NCBI GenBank assembly: GCA_025201805.1
Contig: MU619303.1
Location: 107,565-171,564 of the forward strand
Reading direction: 5' to 3'
Length of the DNA: 64,000 bases
Origin: Parasitella parasitica NRRL 2501
Lineage: Eukaryota > Fungi > Mucoromycota
Made by a program: the position numbers and the translations under genes. The notes below the pieces were generated by a model. The model was not told the DNA's origin, did no database searches, and saw only the letters and a program-made list of their open reading frames with translations. This document shows, piece after piece, positions 1 to 12,973 of this stretch. Positions within the stretch are counted from its first letter, which is position 1. Each line of letters opens with the position of its first letter.

Positions 1-1
1 T

Positions 2-2854
2 CTGGTGTGTGGTCCTACTGGCAGCGGAAAATCCAGTTTCCTCAATGCACTGCTGGGCGAAATGGACATCATCTCAGGCCGCATCTATTTGCCGTCCAAG
101 ACTGTGCTTGCTTGTAAAAACGTGTCCAACATTGACCCTGCGTTTAATGACCTCTGTCTTGATAAAGTAGCCTACGTAGCCCAGCAACCCTTCCTGCAAC
201 ATGCTTCCATTCGTGACAACATATTGTTTGGCCTGCCCTTTGACGCTGCCCGTTATAAAAAAACGCTGTATCAGTGTGCCTTGGTCAAAGATCTAATGAT
301 TTTGCCTGATGGCGACCGCACTGAGATTGGCGAAAAAGGCATCTCGCTTTCTGGAGGACAAAAGCAAAGAGTGTCATTAGCCCGTGCTGTCTACTCCAAT
401 GCTAAAACTGTGCTTTTGGACGACTGTCTCAGCGCTGTCGATGCTCATACATCCAAACACATTTACCGAAAATGCTTTATGGGCGATCTTTTGATGGGCC
501 GTACTGTCATTCTGGTAACTCACCAAGTCAGACTTTGCTTGCCTGGCGCTAGTTTTTTTGTCAAGATTGACAATGGTAACGTGTTGGGTTGCGATACCGT
601 CGAAAACTTGAAAACAAGCGGCGAATTGCAAAGGCTTTTGGGCGCTCAAAAGCAAGAGGAAGAGGAGGAAACTGAAGACCTCGTAGACACTGATAATGCG
701 GATGCTGACGTCGATCTTGACAATAAGACTGAAGCTGCAAAGCTTGTACAAGCAGAAACCTCTGAAAAGGGTCAAGTAAAACTCAAGGTGTACGTCAAAT
801 ATTTGGCTGCGTGTGGCGGCTGGACGTTCTGGATTGCATTGCTATGCTCTTACGTGCTTGCTAGGCTCTTGACATTTGGCGAAAACTGGTGGTTACGAAT
901 CTGGGCTGCATCATACAGCAACGAACATGCACCTGGCAGTGCCAACCTCTCAACCCTGGCTGTAACAACTGATTCCTATCCCCAATATCTTTTCTTAAAC
1001 AGCAAATCTCCAGTGATCCCAGGCGTGTTTGATACCCTGGGTGCTGCTGTCCAGAAGCAAAACATATTCAGAGCTTGGGTATTTGAAGAGAATGCGCCAG
1101 TCAACGTTGATTACTACATTGGCATTTACATTGCCATATGTACCACCTATATTCTGTTTGATGCATGTAGAAATATACTGATTTACTGGGGCTCCATTCG
1201 TGGTGCACGCACGCTCTTTGATTCCTTGCTTAACCGCATTATTCATGCTCCAATGCGCTTCTTTGACACGACTCCAGTTGGTCGTATTCTAAACAGATTC
1301 GGCAAAGACATATCTACCATCGATATGCAAATTGCTCGCTCTGCTAGCTTCTTGATTGAATGCGTCACCGGTGTTATCGCTTCAACTGTTGTCATTTCCA
1401 TCATCACTCCTCAATTCTTAATTGTTGCTATCGGCATCAGCTGTCTGTACTTTGTCATCGGCTTGTTCTATCTTCGTATTTCTCGAGAACTGAAGCGTCT
1501 CAATTCGGTCAGTCGATCCCCCATCTACTCTCATTTCACGGAATCACTGATTGGCGTAACTACTATCAGAGCATACGGCGTCGAAGAGCAGTTTATGCGC
1601 ACTGTGTATGAAAAGATTGACGCATTTGTAGCACCCTTCTACTATCTCTGGATGAGTAACCGCTGGCTGTATTGCCGTATTGAATTCACAGGAAACTTTG
1701 TCACATTCTTTACGGGCATCTTTTTGATTCTGAACATTGATCATATCGATGCTGGCATGGCTGGCATTGCCTTGTTTTATGCTCGTAGCTTTTTGGACAA
1801 CATTTACTGGTTTATCCGTCAGTACACTAATGTAGAAATGAATCTTAATTCAGTTGAACGCGTGCAAGAATACCTTGAGCTGGATCAAGAACCACCCGCT
1901 ACTATTGATGGCCATAAACCCCCTGCTGCATGGCCCACAACAGCCGCTATTGAGGTCAAAGATTTGGTCATTCGCTACGCTCCGGAACTCGATCCTGTTC
2001 TTCATGGCATCTCCTTCTCTACCCGACCCCATGAAAAAATAGGCATTGTTGGTCGCACAGGCTCTGGTAAGAGCACCATGGCTTTGAGTTTCTTCCGTTT
2101 CTTGGAGGCAAGCAAGGGCTCAATTTTTATTGATGGCATTGATATCTCTACTATTGGTATCCAGGATTTGCGCTCACAAATTACTATCATTCCTCAAGAT
2201 GCAGTCTTGTTTTCTGGCACTATCCGTTCCAACATTGACCCTTTCGAGGAGCACTCAGACGAGGCTGTATGGGAATCACTAGAACGTGCCCATCTTTCCA
2301 AAGTATCAGACCGGCTCAACAAGTTGCACAGCTCAGGCACTAGTACGCCTCGCAGTGCAGCAAGCACACAAGCTATGGATAATGAGCAACACATCTCGGT
2401 CATTACAAGCCTAAATCAACAGGTCAGCGATGGCGGCAATAACTTTTCTCAAGGGCAGCGTCAGTTGCTGTGCTTGGCTAGAGCACTGCTCAAGAAGAGC
2501 AAATTGATTATTATGGATGAAGCAACTGCAAGCGTGGATTTCGACACTGATACCAAGATTCAAGCAACCATCCGCGAAGAGTTTACCAATTCGACACTGC
2601 TGTGTATTGCCCACCGTCTTCGCACGGTCATTGATTATGACCGAATCTTGGTGCTGGACCAAGGACGTGTGGCAGAATACGATGCTCCCTACAACTTGCT
2701 TGTTCAAGACTCTGGCGTTGGTATATTCAAATCCATGTGTGAAAAGTCGGGAGAGCTGGAGGTGCTGCTCAGGATGGCTACAGAGTCCCACTTGAGCAGA
2801 GAGCATGGTCAAGCGCTAGACAACAGACCTGATAACCATGCAGCCGTTTACTAG
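2..2854 (+). CDS. ABCC/MRP-type ABC transporter (YBT1/BPT1-like), 5'-truncated by window edge
   Basis: NBD1 Walker A GPTGSGKS, signature LSGGQKQR, Walker B VLLDD; TMD2 with FFDTTPVGRILNRF; NBD2 GRTGSGKST, FSQGQRQ, IIMDEATAS; uninterrupted ORF to TAG 2854. Confidence 0.95.
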   Translation: MVCGPTGSGKSSFLNALLGEMDIISGRIYLPSKTVLACKNVSNIDPAFNDLCLDKVAYVAQQPFLQHASIRDNILFGLPFDAARYKKTLYQCALVKDLMILPDGDRTEIGEKGISLSGGQKQRVSLARAVYSNAKTVLLDDCLSAVDAHTSKHIYRKCFMGDLLMGRTVILVTHQVRLCLPGASFFVKIDNGNVLGCDTVENLKTSGELQRLLGAQKQEEEEETEDLVDTDNADADVDLDNKTEAAKLVQAETSEKGQVKLKVYVKYLAACGGWTFWIALLCSYVLARLLTFGENWWLRIWAASYSNEHAPGSANLSTLAVTTDSYPQYLFLNSKSPVIPGVFDTLGAAVQKQNIFRAWVFEENAPVNVDYYIGIYIAICTTYILFDACRNILIYWGSIRGARTLFDSLLNRIIHAPMRFFDTTPVGRILNRFGKDISTIDMQIARSASFLIECVTGVIASTVVISIITPQFLIVAIGISCLYFVIGLFYLRISRELKRLNSVSRSPIYSHFTESLIGVTTIRAYGVEEQFMRTVYEKIDAFVAPFYYLWMSNRWLYCRIEFTGNFVTFFTGIFLILNIDHIDAGMAGIALFYARSFLDNIYWFIRQYTNVEMNLNSVERVQEYLELDQEPPATIDGHKPPAAWPTTAAIEVKDLVIRYAPELDPVLHGISFSTRPHEKIGIVGRTGSGKSTMALSFFRFLEASKGSIFIDGIDISTIGIQDLRSQITIIPQDAVLFSGTIRSNIDPFEEHSDEAVWESLERAHLSKVSDRLNKLHSSGTSTPRSAASTQAMDNEQHISVITSLNQQVSDGGNNFSQGQRQLLCLARALLKKSKLIIMDEATASVDFDTDTKIQATIREEFTNSTLLCIAHRLRTVIDYDRILVLDQGRVAEYDAPYNLLVQDSGVGIFKSMCEKSGELEVLLRMATESHLSREHGQALDNRPDNHAAVY

Positions 2855-3252
2855 AGGCTATTTTTCCCAAATGCATTTTTATTTACGCAAATCTATACCA
2901 TTTCAATAAACATTTTTTGACTTGAGAGATGTCTGCCGAATGTGTGTTCATTAAGCAATGTCTGCGCTGTACCAGTGTATACAATGCGCTACGTATCGTA
3001 TAAACTATCCAGCAGATGGCTATGCGCTGGATCTTTTGAAACAGACCTTGATTACATTCAGCCACATTGAAATTACATTTTTGGATAGCCTAGATACCGT
3101 AGTACAAGTACAGTACCTTAAACACGCTACACTGATGAGCCTCATTCGAGTCACAGAAGCCAATAAGGCTACCCGTTTTAATTAGATATATGGTTGCATT
3201 TGGCTATTTTTAGTCTGCCTCTTCTTTTCTTTTCTTCATCTTTTTGTTCAAA

Positions 3253-6200
3253 ATGGGGTTCAGGAAGCTAACCGAGCAAGAAGATATCACCAATCAGTAT
3301 GCGAATGATTTAGAAGAAGCAGTGCCCCTAACCAACACCAAATCAACGAGCGAAAAACCACAGCAAAGCATCATTGATGATGTGCCTGCTCATCTGGAGC
3401 CGTATCTTCAAACACAAGCGACCTTTGGATTGACCGACGACCAAGTGCACGAGAGAATGCAAAGATTTGGCAGAAATGAATTGGCGGAAAAGAAGCGAAA
3501 CAAGCTGCTGCATTTCCTGTCATTTTGTAAGTATATCTCTTGCCGCTGATTTACTCCCTTCCCCCTGAGAATTGCTAAATTTCATCTCACATAGTTACCG
3601 GCGCTATTTCATATCTTATGATATTGTCACTGGTGCTGACGGCTGTAACAGCAGATTGGCTTGACTTTGGCATAATCGCTGGCATGTTGATCATTAATGC
3701 TGTCATTGGCTACGTCGAAGAAGCTCGAGCAGAATCATCCATCGAATCATTGAAAAACAGCCTCGCTCTGCACAGCAAATGCTGGAGGAACGGCCGATTA
3801 ATTGAAGTAAACTCGGCAGACATTGTTGTGGGCGACATCATTGTATTACGACTAGGTGATATAGTCCCTGCAGATGCTCGATTACTCGGTATTGGAGCAT
3901 CTGGTGAAGCCATAGAAACAGACATCCAGATTGATCAAAGCTCATTGACAGGCGAATCACTGCCGTCAAAAAAGAAGCCTGGAAACATTGTGTTTTCTTC
4001 GTGCGTTGTAAAGCAAGGTCAGCAGCAAGCCATTGTCGTCCGCACTGGGCCCGATACTTTTATTGGGAAAACCGCTAGCCTAATCTCTGTCACTACGGGA
4101 TCAGGAAGATTTCAAAAAGTTATCAACTATATTGGCAACTTTCTCATCATCATTTCTGTGTTGCTTGTGCTTATCATTTTTATTCACGAACTGGTGGAAG
4201 AAAAGGTCGCCACTGGTACTGTCACACAGAGCCAAGTACTGTCCGCATTGAATCAGATGGTTGTGCTGACAATTGCAGCGTAAGTTTATCGAAGAATATA
4301 CACGCAATATCCATGGCTTAAAACTTTATCTTAGTATTCCCGTTGGATTACCCACTGTCATGTCTGTTACTATGGCCATTGGTGCCAAACAGCTGGCAAA
4401 GAAACAAGTGATTGTGAAGAGGCTCACTGCTGTTGAAGAGTTTGCATCAGTGTCAATATTGTGCAGTGATAAAACAGGTACACTCACCAAAAATGAACTG
4501 ACATTTGACGAACCCTACTTGGCTGGATCCTACGACAAGAACGACATTTTATTGTATTCTTATTTGGCTTCAGAAGTTGCAACAGACGACCCCATCGAAT
4601 ATGCTGTGCGCACAGCAGCCGAAAAAAACCACCCACAAGTGAATAACGACGGCAGCCATTCTGTACAAGGCTACAAGATTGTATCTTTCAAGCCCTTTAA
4701 TCCCTCAGACAAAACCGCAGAAGCAACTGTACAGGAACTGGCAACCGAAACGAATTTTCGTGTAGCCAAGGGTGCGCCTCAAGTCATTTTAAGCCTAGTC
4801 GGCGGTCATAAGCAGGCCGAGGATACTATCGAAGCTTTTGCTGCCCGCGGTCTTCGTTCTTTGGGTGTAGCAAGAACTGTGAAAGGCTTGAATCAATGGG
4901 AGTTGGTAGGTTTACTCAGTTTGATTGATCCTCCCAGAGAAGACTCTGCAGAGACATTGGCTGAATGTAACCAATATGGTATCAGTGTCAAGATGATCAC
5001 AGGCGATCAAGGCGTTATAGCAAAAGAAGTCGCCGGAAGATTAGGCATGGGAAAGAATATCCTAGATGTCGATGAGCTTGTGGACCCCAATAAATCAGAG
5101 CAGGAGCTTTCCGATGCTGTTTTGTTTTCTGATGGCTTCTCCCGCGTGGTTCCAGGTAATTGCTACAGAATACGCTGCAATAAGTAGTACTGACCATTGT
5201 ATATACATATCAGAGCACAAGTACAAAGTCGTCGAGCTTTTGCAAGAAAGAGGTTACTTTGTGGCAATGACTGGCGATGGTGTCAATGATGCACCAGCGT
5301 TGAAAAAGGCCAATGTCGGCATTGCCGTCGCAGGGTCTACAGACGCCGCTCGTTCAGCAGCAGACATTGTTTTGCTTGCACCAGGTTTGTCTGCCATCAT
5401 CGACGGTATCAAGGTGTCCCGGATCATTTTCCAACGACTCCAGTCCTATGCTTTGTACCGTATCACTTCGACTATTCACTTTTTGATTTTCTTCTTTGTC
5501 ATCACGTTGGCTGAGGATTGGAAAATGCCACCGGTTTTCCTTATTTTGATTTCTCTGTTGAACGATGCAGCAACTCTCATCATGGCTGTGGATAGTGTGA
5601 GCATTTCCCACTCACCAAACATGTGGCGTCTTCGTCTTTTGCTTGTTCTTTCTTGTGTCCTCGCAGTCGCTTTGGCCGGATGCTCTTTTGCACACTTTTA
5701 CATCTTCCGAGATGTGCTGCACGTTAGCCCTGGAGAACTATCCTCTATCATGTACCTTCATATTTCATCTGGTAAAGTACCGTGTTGTTATAAATCTGAA
5801 CCATAAAACTAACATTACATATATATATAAACAGCCCCTCATTTCGTTATTTTCTCAACTCGCACCAACTCATTCTGGTGGACCAGTATGCCTTCGCTTG
5901 TATTCACTGCTATCGTACTGGGGACGCAAGTCATTGCGTTAGTTTTGTCAGTTTACGGCGCCTTTGGAGCGGATCCCAACATTGGCAGTATCGGATGGGC
6001 TCGCGGCATGATCATCATTGCTATTTCGCTCGCTACTTTCTTCGTCGTTGATGTGATCAAGGTGGTTACGATCGTTGTTTGGGATAAGTTTGCCAACAAA
6101 TCCAGAAATGAATTTACAGCCGTACCTGCATTTGCGAAAACCAAAAAAGGTGCTGCTTCAAGTAAAGCTGCTAAATTCATTCAAAAGCAACACCAACAGC

Positions 6201-6268
6201 CGCCATCTCGTTTTGGATACGACAGGGCCCAAAGACGTGAATCTGATGGCTCTGTAAAGTCCTACTAA
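3253..6268 (+). CDS. PMA1: Plasma-membrane H+-ATPase (P-type IIIA); exons 3253-3526, 3595-4279, 4335-5155, 5214-5771, 5835-6268
   Basis: LTGES, IPVGLP, CSDKTGTLT phosphorylation motif, KGAPQ, DPPR, MITGD, TGDGVNDAPALKKA, TM6 LLND; four GT-AG introns join the frames. Confidence 0.92.
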
Positions 6269-6868
6269 GAGCTGATGCTATTCATATTGTATATATATAT
6301 ATTATTTAATTTTCACCCCTTTTTGTGATTTTACAAATATCACAGACATATCCTATTTTCAGTAAAGGTTTCTTTTTCAAAGCTCCCAAAAATGCCTCAA
6401 CCACACTTCAATTGCGCATGTTGTACGATAGTTAATATTCGAACGCAAAACGATGAGCGTTGTTTTGACAACCAAAGCTGAAAACTTGGAGCTTTATACT
6501 GCCCTGCTCGTATTTATTATATCAAGCAATCGAAATATACAGAGCTTAATTTTCTTTTTCTTTTCAGTTATTATGGACGGTATTTATCTTGCCTATCAAT
6601 TAATAAAGACATTTCCTTCCTCACTGCAGATCACTGCTTTTTGGCACAGCGTATGCCGTACATCAACTAATTGCGCTGTAAATTTAATCTCAGCAGTGTG
6701 TTGCCATTTGGCCCAACACAGATCCAGGAAATTATCGCGTAATTCATTGCTAGATTTCTCTAAAAAACATTAGGCATATCGGATATGTATATTAGGTATT
6801 TTACAACAATAAATAAATTCTGCATCCAACCATATAAATTACATTAATATACAAATAACTTTTTGTAT

Positions 6869-7170
6869 TACCAACTTTCAAATATTCAAAAACCACCTTT
6901 TTTGATAGTTTTTGGCTAAAAGTGGCTTTATTTTGAGCACGTCTTGCCCTATAAACCCAACCAATGGATTCATCACATAATTACCTACACGTCCATATTT
7001 TTTGCACAACTGTAGTTCAACTATTTCTGCCAAAAATCAAAACCTTGTCGAGACCAAATTGAGTCAACGATTTTTCGTCCCTAGCTTTATGCAGCAAAAA
7101 TGGAACCTTCAAAAGGGTATTAACCCAATTCCCTTTTCCCCCATTATCACACTCAAAAATGCTTATTTTT
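6869..7170. repeat. Diverged direct repeat, copy A (~300 bp)
   Basis: Collinear with 8335-8610, e.g. ttttgcacaactgtagttcaactatttct vs ttttgcacaactgtagcgcaactatttct; tttttcgtccctagctttatg vs tttttcgtccttaggtttatg. Confidence 0.8.
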
Positions 7171-8334
7171 TCATGAAACCAAAACCATTTAATAGCTATT
7201 TAGTATCTCTACATTTTCGTTGCAAAAATATATATTTTATATACCCTTTATTGCTTTGAAAGTTATGAAAATAAATCGAGCTTCTGCCAAAAAATTACAA
7301 AAAGATTTTTTTTTCTCTGTAACCGTCTGAAACTTGCACATCTAGTAAAGAATTGCATAACAAACATAATTTAATAATTGCTCAAGTCAAAGTGTATTAA
7401 TAGTTTGCTGAGATGTAGGCCCACAAAGTTTAGTGTAAAAAGAGTAAACTGCTCCTAGTTCATTTGAATCAGCCCTTGGTAAGCTTAAGTTATATACCAG
7501 TAGACGTGTAAAAATATGCTTTATATCTTTACTTAGGAAGTCGGATATAATTTACTTGCAAAATTTGAGACTTGTTATAGGGCCATATGCTATAAAATCC
7601 ACAAAATCTTGTTCTGGCATTATCTCGACAACAAAGATAGATATCCAGAATCTAAAAACATAGTGATGTACAGCTATCATATTTGTATTAGGGTATATAC
7701 TTGGCTTGGACCGCAAATTCGTACCTAGAAATGACCCTGAAGGTTGACCCAAAGTTGAAAACTGAAAACCCAACAAGAGGTTTGGGGTCCAAACACTGCA
7801 AAATCTGAAAAATGGTCAGAGGTGCTTGAGGCTCGGATATGTTTTAGAATGGTGTAAAAGAACAATATTTTGGCTAAAGGTTATATCTCTATCGCTTAGT
7901 AGTTTGCAAAGATATTAGAGATTGCAAATTATGCCTTTAAGCGGGGGGAAAAGGTGCTGATCATTGATCAAGAGGCCTTTATTTTAACCAAAACATGAAG
8001 CTACATAAAATCAGCTTTTGAGACCAAATTATACTATGTCTCAGCTAGCGATTCATATTGAGACAGCTCCAAGTTACCTATTACGATTATGCTTTGCTCC
8101 TCAATTGAAAATAGATGGTGCATTACTGAAGGCCTAATATATGCAGTGCGTAAATTCAATCCCAGCAGTATGTTGCCATTCAATTTCAAATCATGCATCA
8201 AATCTTTGTTGCTAAATATCCCAACAAAGTATTAGCTATATCTGATATGAGCATTAGTTGTTGTTTGTCAAAAATCAAGATATGTACCGAACCATATAGA
8301 TTATAGCAATATTGATATATATATATATTCATAC

Positions 8335-8610
8335 TACCGATTTTCAAACCTTGAAACAATAACTTTTCGATATTTTCAAGCAAAAGCATTTCCATTATAA
8401 GCAGATGCAGACAAATAAACTCGACCAATTGATTCACTACAACAATACCTCCACTTGCATGTATTTTGCACAACTGTAGCGCAACTATTTCTCGACCGAA
8501 ACTAATCTGCAATTTTTCGTCCTTAGGTTTATGGGTTCAAAATGCAGCCTTTCAATAAAATAGAAATCAATCTCGTTTTTCTCCAATCCCTCACTCATCA
8601 ATGCATATTT
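8335..8610. repeat. Diverged direct repeat, copy B
   Basis: See copy A; same orientation, ~1.47 kb downstream, lacks a ~20 bp block present in A. Confidence 0.8.
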
Positions 8611-9101
8611 CGCTTGGATCATGTCATTTTGTTCATACATCAAAGTATGAAAAAAGTATAGAATTCCTGCAAGATTTTACTCAATTACCAAACTGGTCTT
8701 CATGGGCATATTTATTATCAAGTAGTTCTATTTTCCATTTTTGTTAAAATATCAATGTACCCTTAAGCGACAAGTTTATTTTTAACAAGCTTCCGAATAA
8801 ATTTAACATTAAACTTATCAGTTGATCAAGATAGATTGGCCTAGTTTGATTTATTTTCACTTGTCCCAGTATCCGATCTGTTAATCCATTTCTCCGACCG
8901 GAAATGTTGCGGGAGGGCAGCAATTCAACAGCACAATCCGTAAAAAAGGATCCAGATTAGCCACATGTGTAGATTCCTTCTTCATTGTTATTATTAAAGT
9001 AAGTACCCAAATACTTGAAAATCAACTAGATAGACCTGTTTGCACGGATGATGATGTTGAAGGATGGATTACTAATGGATGGATGATTTTATCATTTTAG
9101 T

Positions 9102-9983
9102 ATGGCCGACTCAGCTTCTGCCGGTGCTTCTCGTGGTAAGCCCATCATAGCAAAATGTTTGACAGGATGTTCATATTAGTCAATGTAGGACGTGGATTTG
9201 GTCGCGGACGTGGTCAACGTAAGTGAGCAATAATAGAGAAATGTACAAAGTGGAAATACTGATGTAGCAATTCATTATAAAGGTGGTGCCCGTCGTGGTA
9301 GACGTGGTGAGGAAAAGAACGAATGGGTTCCCGTTACCAAGCTTGGCCGTCTTGTCAAGGCCAACAAGATCAAGTCTATCGAGGAAATCTACCTCTTCTC
9401 TCTCCCCATCAAGGAGTATCAAATCGTTGATTACTTCCTTCCCAAGCTCACTGACCAAGTCATGAAGATCATGCCTGTTCAAAAGCAAACCACTGCTGGT
9501 CAACGTACTCGTTTCAAGGCATTCGTTATCATTGGTGACGAGAATGGTCATGTTGGCTTGGGTGTCAAGTGTGCCAAGGAAGTCGCCACTGCTATCCGTG
9601 GTGGTATCATCCTTGCCAAGCTTGCCATTATTCCCGTTCGTCGTGGTTATTGGGGTTCCAACCTTGGTGAGCCTCACACTGTCCCTTGCAAGGTCTCTGG
9701 TCGTTGTGGTTCCGTTATGGCCCGTTTAGTCCCTGCACCCCGTGGTACTGGTATCGTTGCCTCTCCCACTGCCAAGCGTGTCCTTCAGTTGGCTGGTGTC
9801 ACCGATTGTTATACTACTTCTCGTGGTTCTACCCGTACTCTCGGTAACTTTGTCAAGGCTACCTTTGCTGCCATTGGTAACACTTACGGTTTCTTGACAC
9901 CCGACCTTTGGGAAGAATCTGAATTTGTTAAGGGTCCTTTCCAAGAGTTCTCTGACTTCCTTGCTCAAAAGCAAAGAAAGTAA
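9102..9983 (+). CDS. RPS2: 40S ribosomal protein uS5 (S2); exons 9102-9135, 9189-9218, 9283-9983; probable 5'-UTR intron 8999-9100
   Basis: N-terminal RG repeats, [47 protein letters not shown]; strong codon bias. Confidence 0.97.
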
Positions 9984-11523
9984 ACTTTTACTGCCTTCAG
10001 GTCTTTGGGATAAAAAATGGTATATGCTTTAAATAAATTTACTCTTTTTTTGATAATACCTATATTGGTTTTCTGGTAAATGAAGATTGAGCAAGCTGGG
10101 ATAGCAGCAGAGAGTAAAATTAGAATCGTTATGCGTTGATTTGGTGTCAAGAGCTGTCAACAGGTGACAGCCGAACATGCAGTTTACTGCTATCATTCTA
10201 TTCAAGGTGGCTCAATTATACGAAATTAATTTGTTAATGATAAACAAACATTTGATTTGAAAACCATTATTCTCACTTGATTAGGGTTGCTATGTCTTTT
10301 TCTCAGTGCTTTCATATACAAATGAAATGAATACCATTGAAAGTAACAGCCACAAAACCTAGGAAAACGAGCAGTTTATTTCTTTGCGATACTATTGTTC
10401 TACATAGATCTAGTAGTTGAGTATTACTATTTGTACCGTCCTAGGATTATTGTTTAAAGTTATAGAATGAAAGTATGGGGAGATAACCAATATGGCATAA
10501 AATAATAAATATAGTTTTTGAATTTAATCAACTGGGATTTGTTATATTTTTATGCAAAGCGTTTTGACCTTATTATGTGATTTGCTCTACTACTCCCATA
10601 AAAAGCTATTCTGACAGAAAGTGTATGGTTGGGAGGGTACATACCTAGTTGATTCGTCCACGCATGATCTCGATAAAAATGTTATTTATAATGGCAAATT
10701 TTGAGGTTGTAGTGTAGCATTTAGCTCATAATTCCACAATGATAAATCGATGTAAAGTTTACATTGCTGGCTATTGTAATATCTTTTAACAAACTCAGAG
10801 CATTATATGACCAGTCGAATATCATGCAAAACCCACAAAGCTGGAGAAGATTTATTAGAAGCATTTGCCTCTCAAGAATGAAGCAAAACGTTATAAGGAT
10901 CCTGAATCACAACACAAACTGAAGAACTAATGTCAGAATGCAATTTTAATTACACATCATTTGTTTTTGTTGTATTAAAGAAAAGAAAAAGCAATTTATT
11001 AAATCTATTGCACTTTTCTTGGTTCCCAAAGCAACATTAGACTTTGGTACTAACAGGATCAACCGCGAGAAGGCGAAAGTACCTTTAATCCCAAAAAAAA
11101 CAATGATTGTAGACTATAGCCCCCCAATCGAGCCCATCTAGGCGTTGTTAGAGTTCGGGATTGTCTCGCAAGTGATGTTCAAGCTAAGGGCGTTCTCACA
11201 ACCGTTAAATAGAAGGTCACCTTTGCTAATCTTGAAATTCTCCCAACAAAAAATATTATTGTGAGGGAAGCGCCCCTCCAGAGTGTAAGTTAGAAGAATA
11301 GAATTAAAAAAATTCAACTATTCAACATTAAGGCGAAAAAGAAGAAGAAATAGAAGATTTTATAAATGTAACATCGGCTGGTAATGATTGCCCTACCTTG
11401 GGACTTCATAACAACTTTAACCCATGTTTTATTTTGTAGCGACCCATTTATTTTGAGGGAGTTCATGCTTCATTTGGAGTCCTTGTAAAAAATTATCACA
11501 TTCACAAAAGTAATTAGTCTTAA

Positions 11524-12537
11524 ATGTTTCACTTTACAATGAAGATGAAAGCGCAGCCAGGGATCGGGATGAAGAAGACGACGATCCATATACAATATGA
11601 AGCCCTTACTTCGCCGGATCATCAACAGTTGCTTAAAATATCGAGTGGTGTGAACGTCATTGCCCCAGCAAGGACCGCTCAGAGTTGCGTAAAGAGAATG
11701 AGAGAAGATTCAGAATAGGACATATACGAAAAGCTTACTACCAACAAGGTGAACTGCCCCGCATCTCAGCTGCAAGAAGAGCGCACAACCTTTGTGATCA
11801 GCTTTTTCGATGAGCAGCCCCAAGCGACTGGAGAAGACGCCACGGAGAGTCACAGTTTTCAAAGGCTTTACCTTGAAAAGCTCGCGAGTTGGCACGTTTA
11901 TCAAGAATGACTGCAGTTTGACAGTAAAGCCATCCTGTTACCAGAAACTCTAAAATTGCGCTCATCAAAAGAAAGGAGAGGATTGAGAGTGGCTCAAATA
12001 GACATGGGCCATATGAGTCGCTATATATTTATCGACGAATCTGCATTTGATATCAATATGATACTAGCAACAGCAAGATCAGCCAAGGCACTACTAATCT
12101 CATATCGTTCGAAGAGCACTTCCCCGCTTCAGGTGTGGTAAACATTGAGATCAGATTGCTTGACTCAAAACTAAAGAGGATTAAAGTCGATGGATCTCGT
12201 AAAAGAAAAGAGCTTTTGCCAAAGAGACTTGCGCCTAAATGCACTGCCACAGGCCACTAAATACTCTTCCTGCAGAAGACAAATGAACTTTATGGACCAA
12301 TTTCTCGAGATGAAGGGATTCTATATAGCTAAGAGCAATGAGCTTATCCATTTGGCTGATGAAATCGAAGAAATAGCGTCGAAAAGAGGATACAGAAGCA
12401 TTTACCTTCCACCTTATCCCCCCCCCGAACTTAATCCATGGCAAGAAAGAACTAAGTTTAACGGCAGTGATGATATAAAAATGAGAATAGCCGAGGCTTC
12501 AAACGAGATTAAATCCGTCTACACTCACAAAATGTAG
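11524..12537 (+). mobile_element. Decayed Tc1/mariner (IS630-like DDE) transposase remnant
   Basis: Frameshifted fragments with YIFIDESAFDINM (first catalytic D) and RGYRSIYLPPYPPPELNP (YLPPYSPELNP motif). Confidence 0.85.
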
Positions 12538-12973
12538 TCAAAATCATGTCAACATGTTCTTTATTATATCATATAAATTTGGCTTTTTTTTTTTTTGACT
12601 CTTTTTTTTGGCTTTTGACTTTTGCTTGTTAATTGTAAGCGCAATTTGGCTCTAGAGGTGCTGTAATCGCATAATACAACAATACAAAAACCTGCGTTGG
12701 ATATTGTTTGAGGGTTCATAAGAAAAACTTGATAAAGAAAGTGATTTGTTTATTTTCTTGAACTTTAATACCATCCCGCTTGTTAAAAAAAAGGGGGGAT
12801 AAGTATGTAATTGGGAATTAAGGCGAAACAAGGGGAGTGGAGAAGATTTACATGTATATTAGGAGATAAGAAGAAAGAAAGAGGGATGAGCCTGCTCATA
12901 TAAGAATTTTTCAAATGGAATAAAGTTTCTTTGGCATGATTGAAAGAGGTATTGTTGGTAAATGTTTGAATTT

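Noticed and set aside
8999-9100. Box C-like ATGATGA in the RPS2 5'-UTR intron (snoRNA?)
   Set aside because: No downstream CTGA box D or terminal stem
10070-10080. TTT-CTGGT-AAA in the RPS2 3' region as another SRE
   Set aside because: Three A-U pairs only; illustrates background frequency
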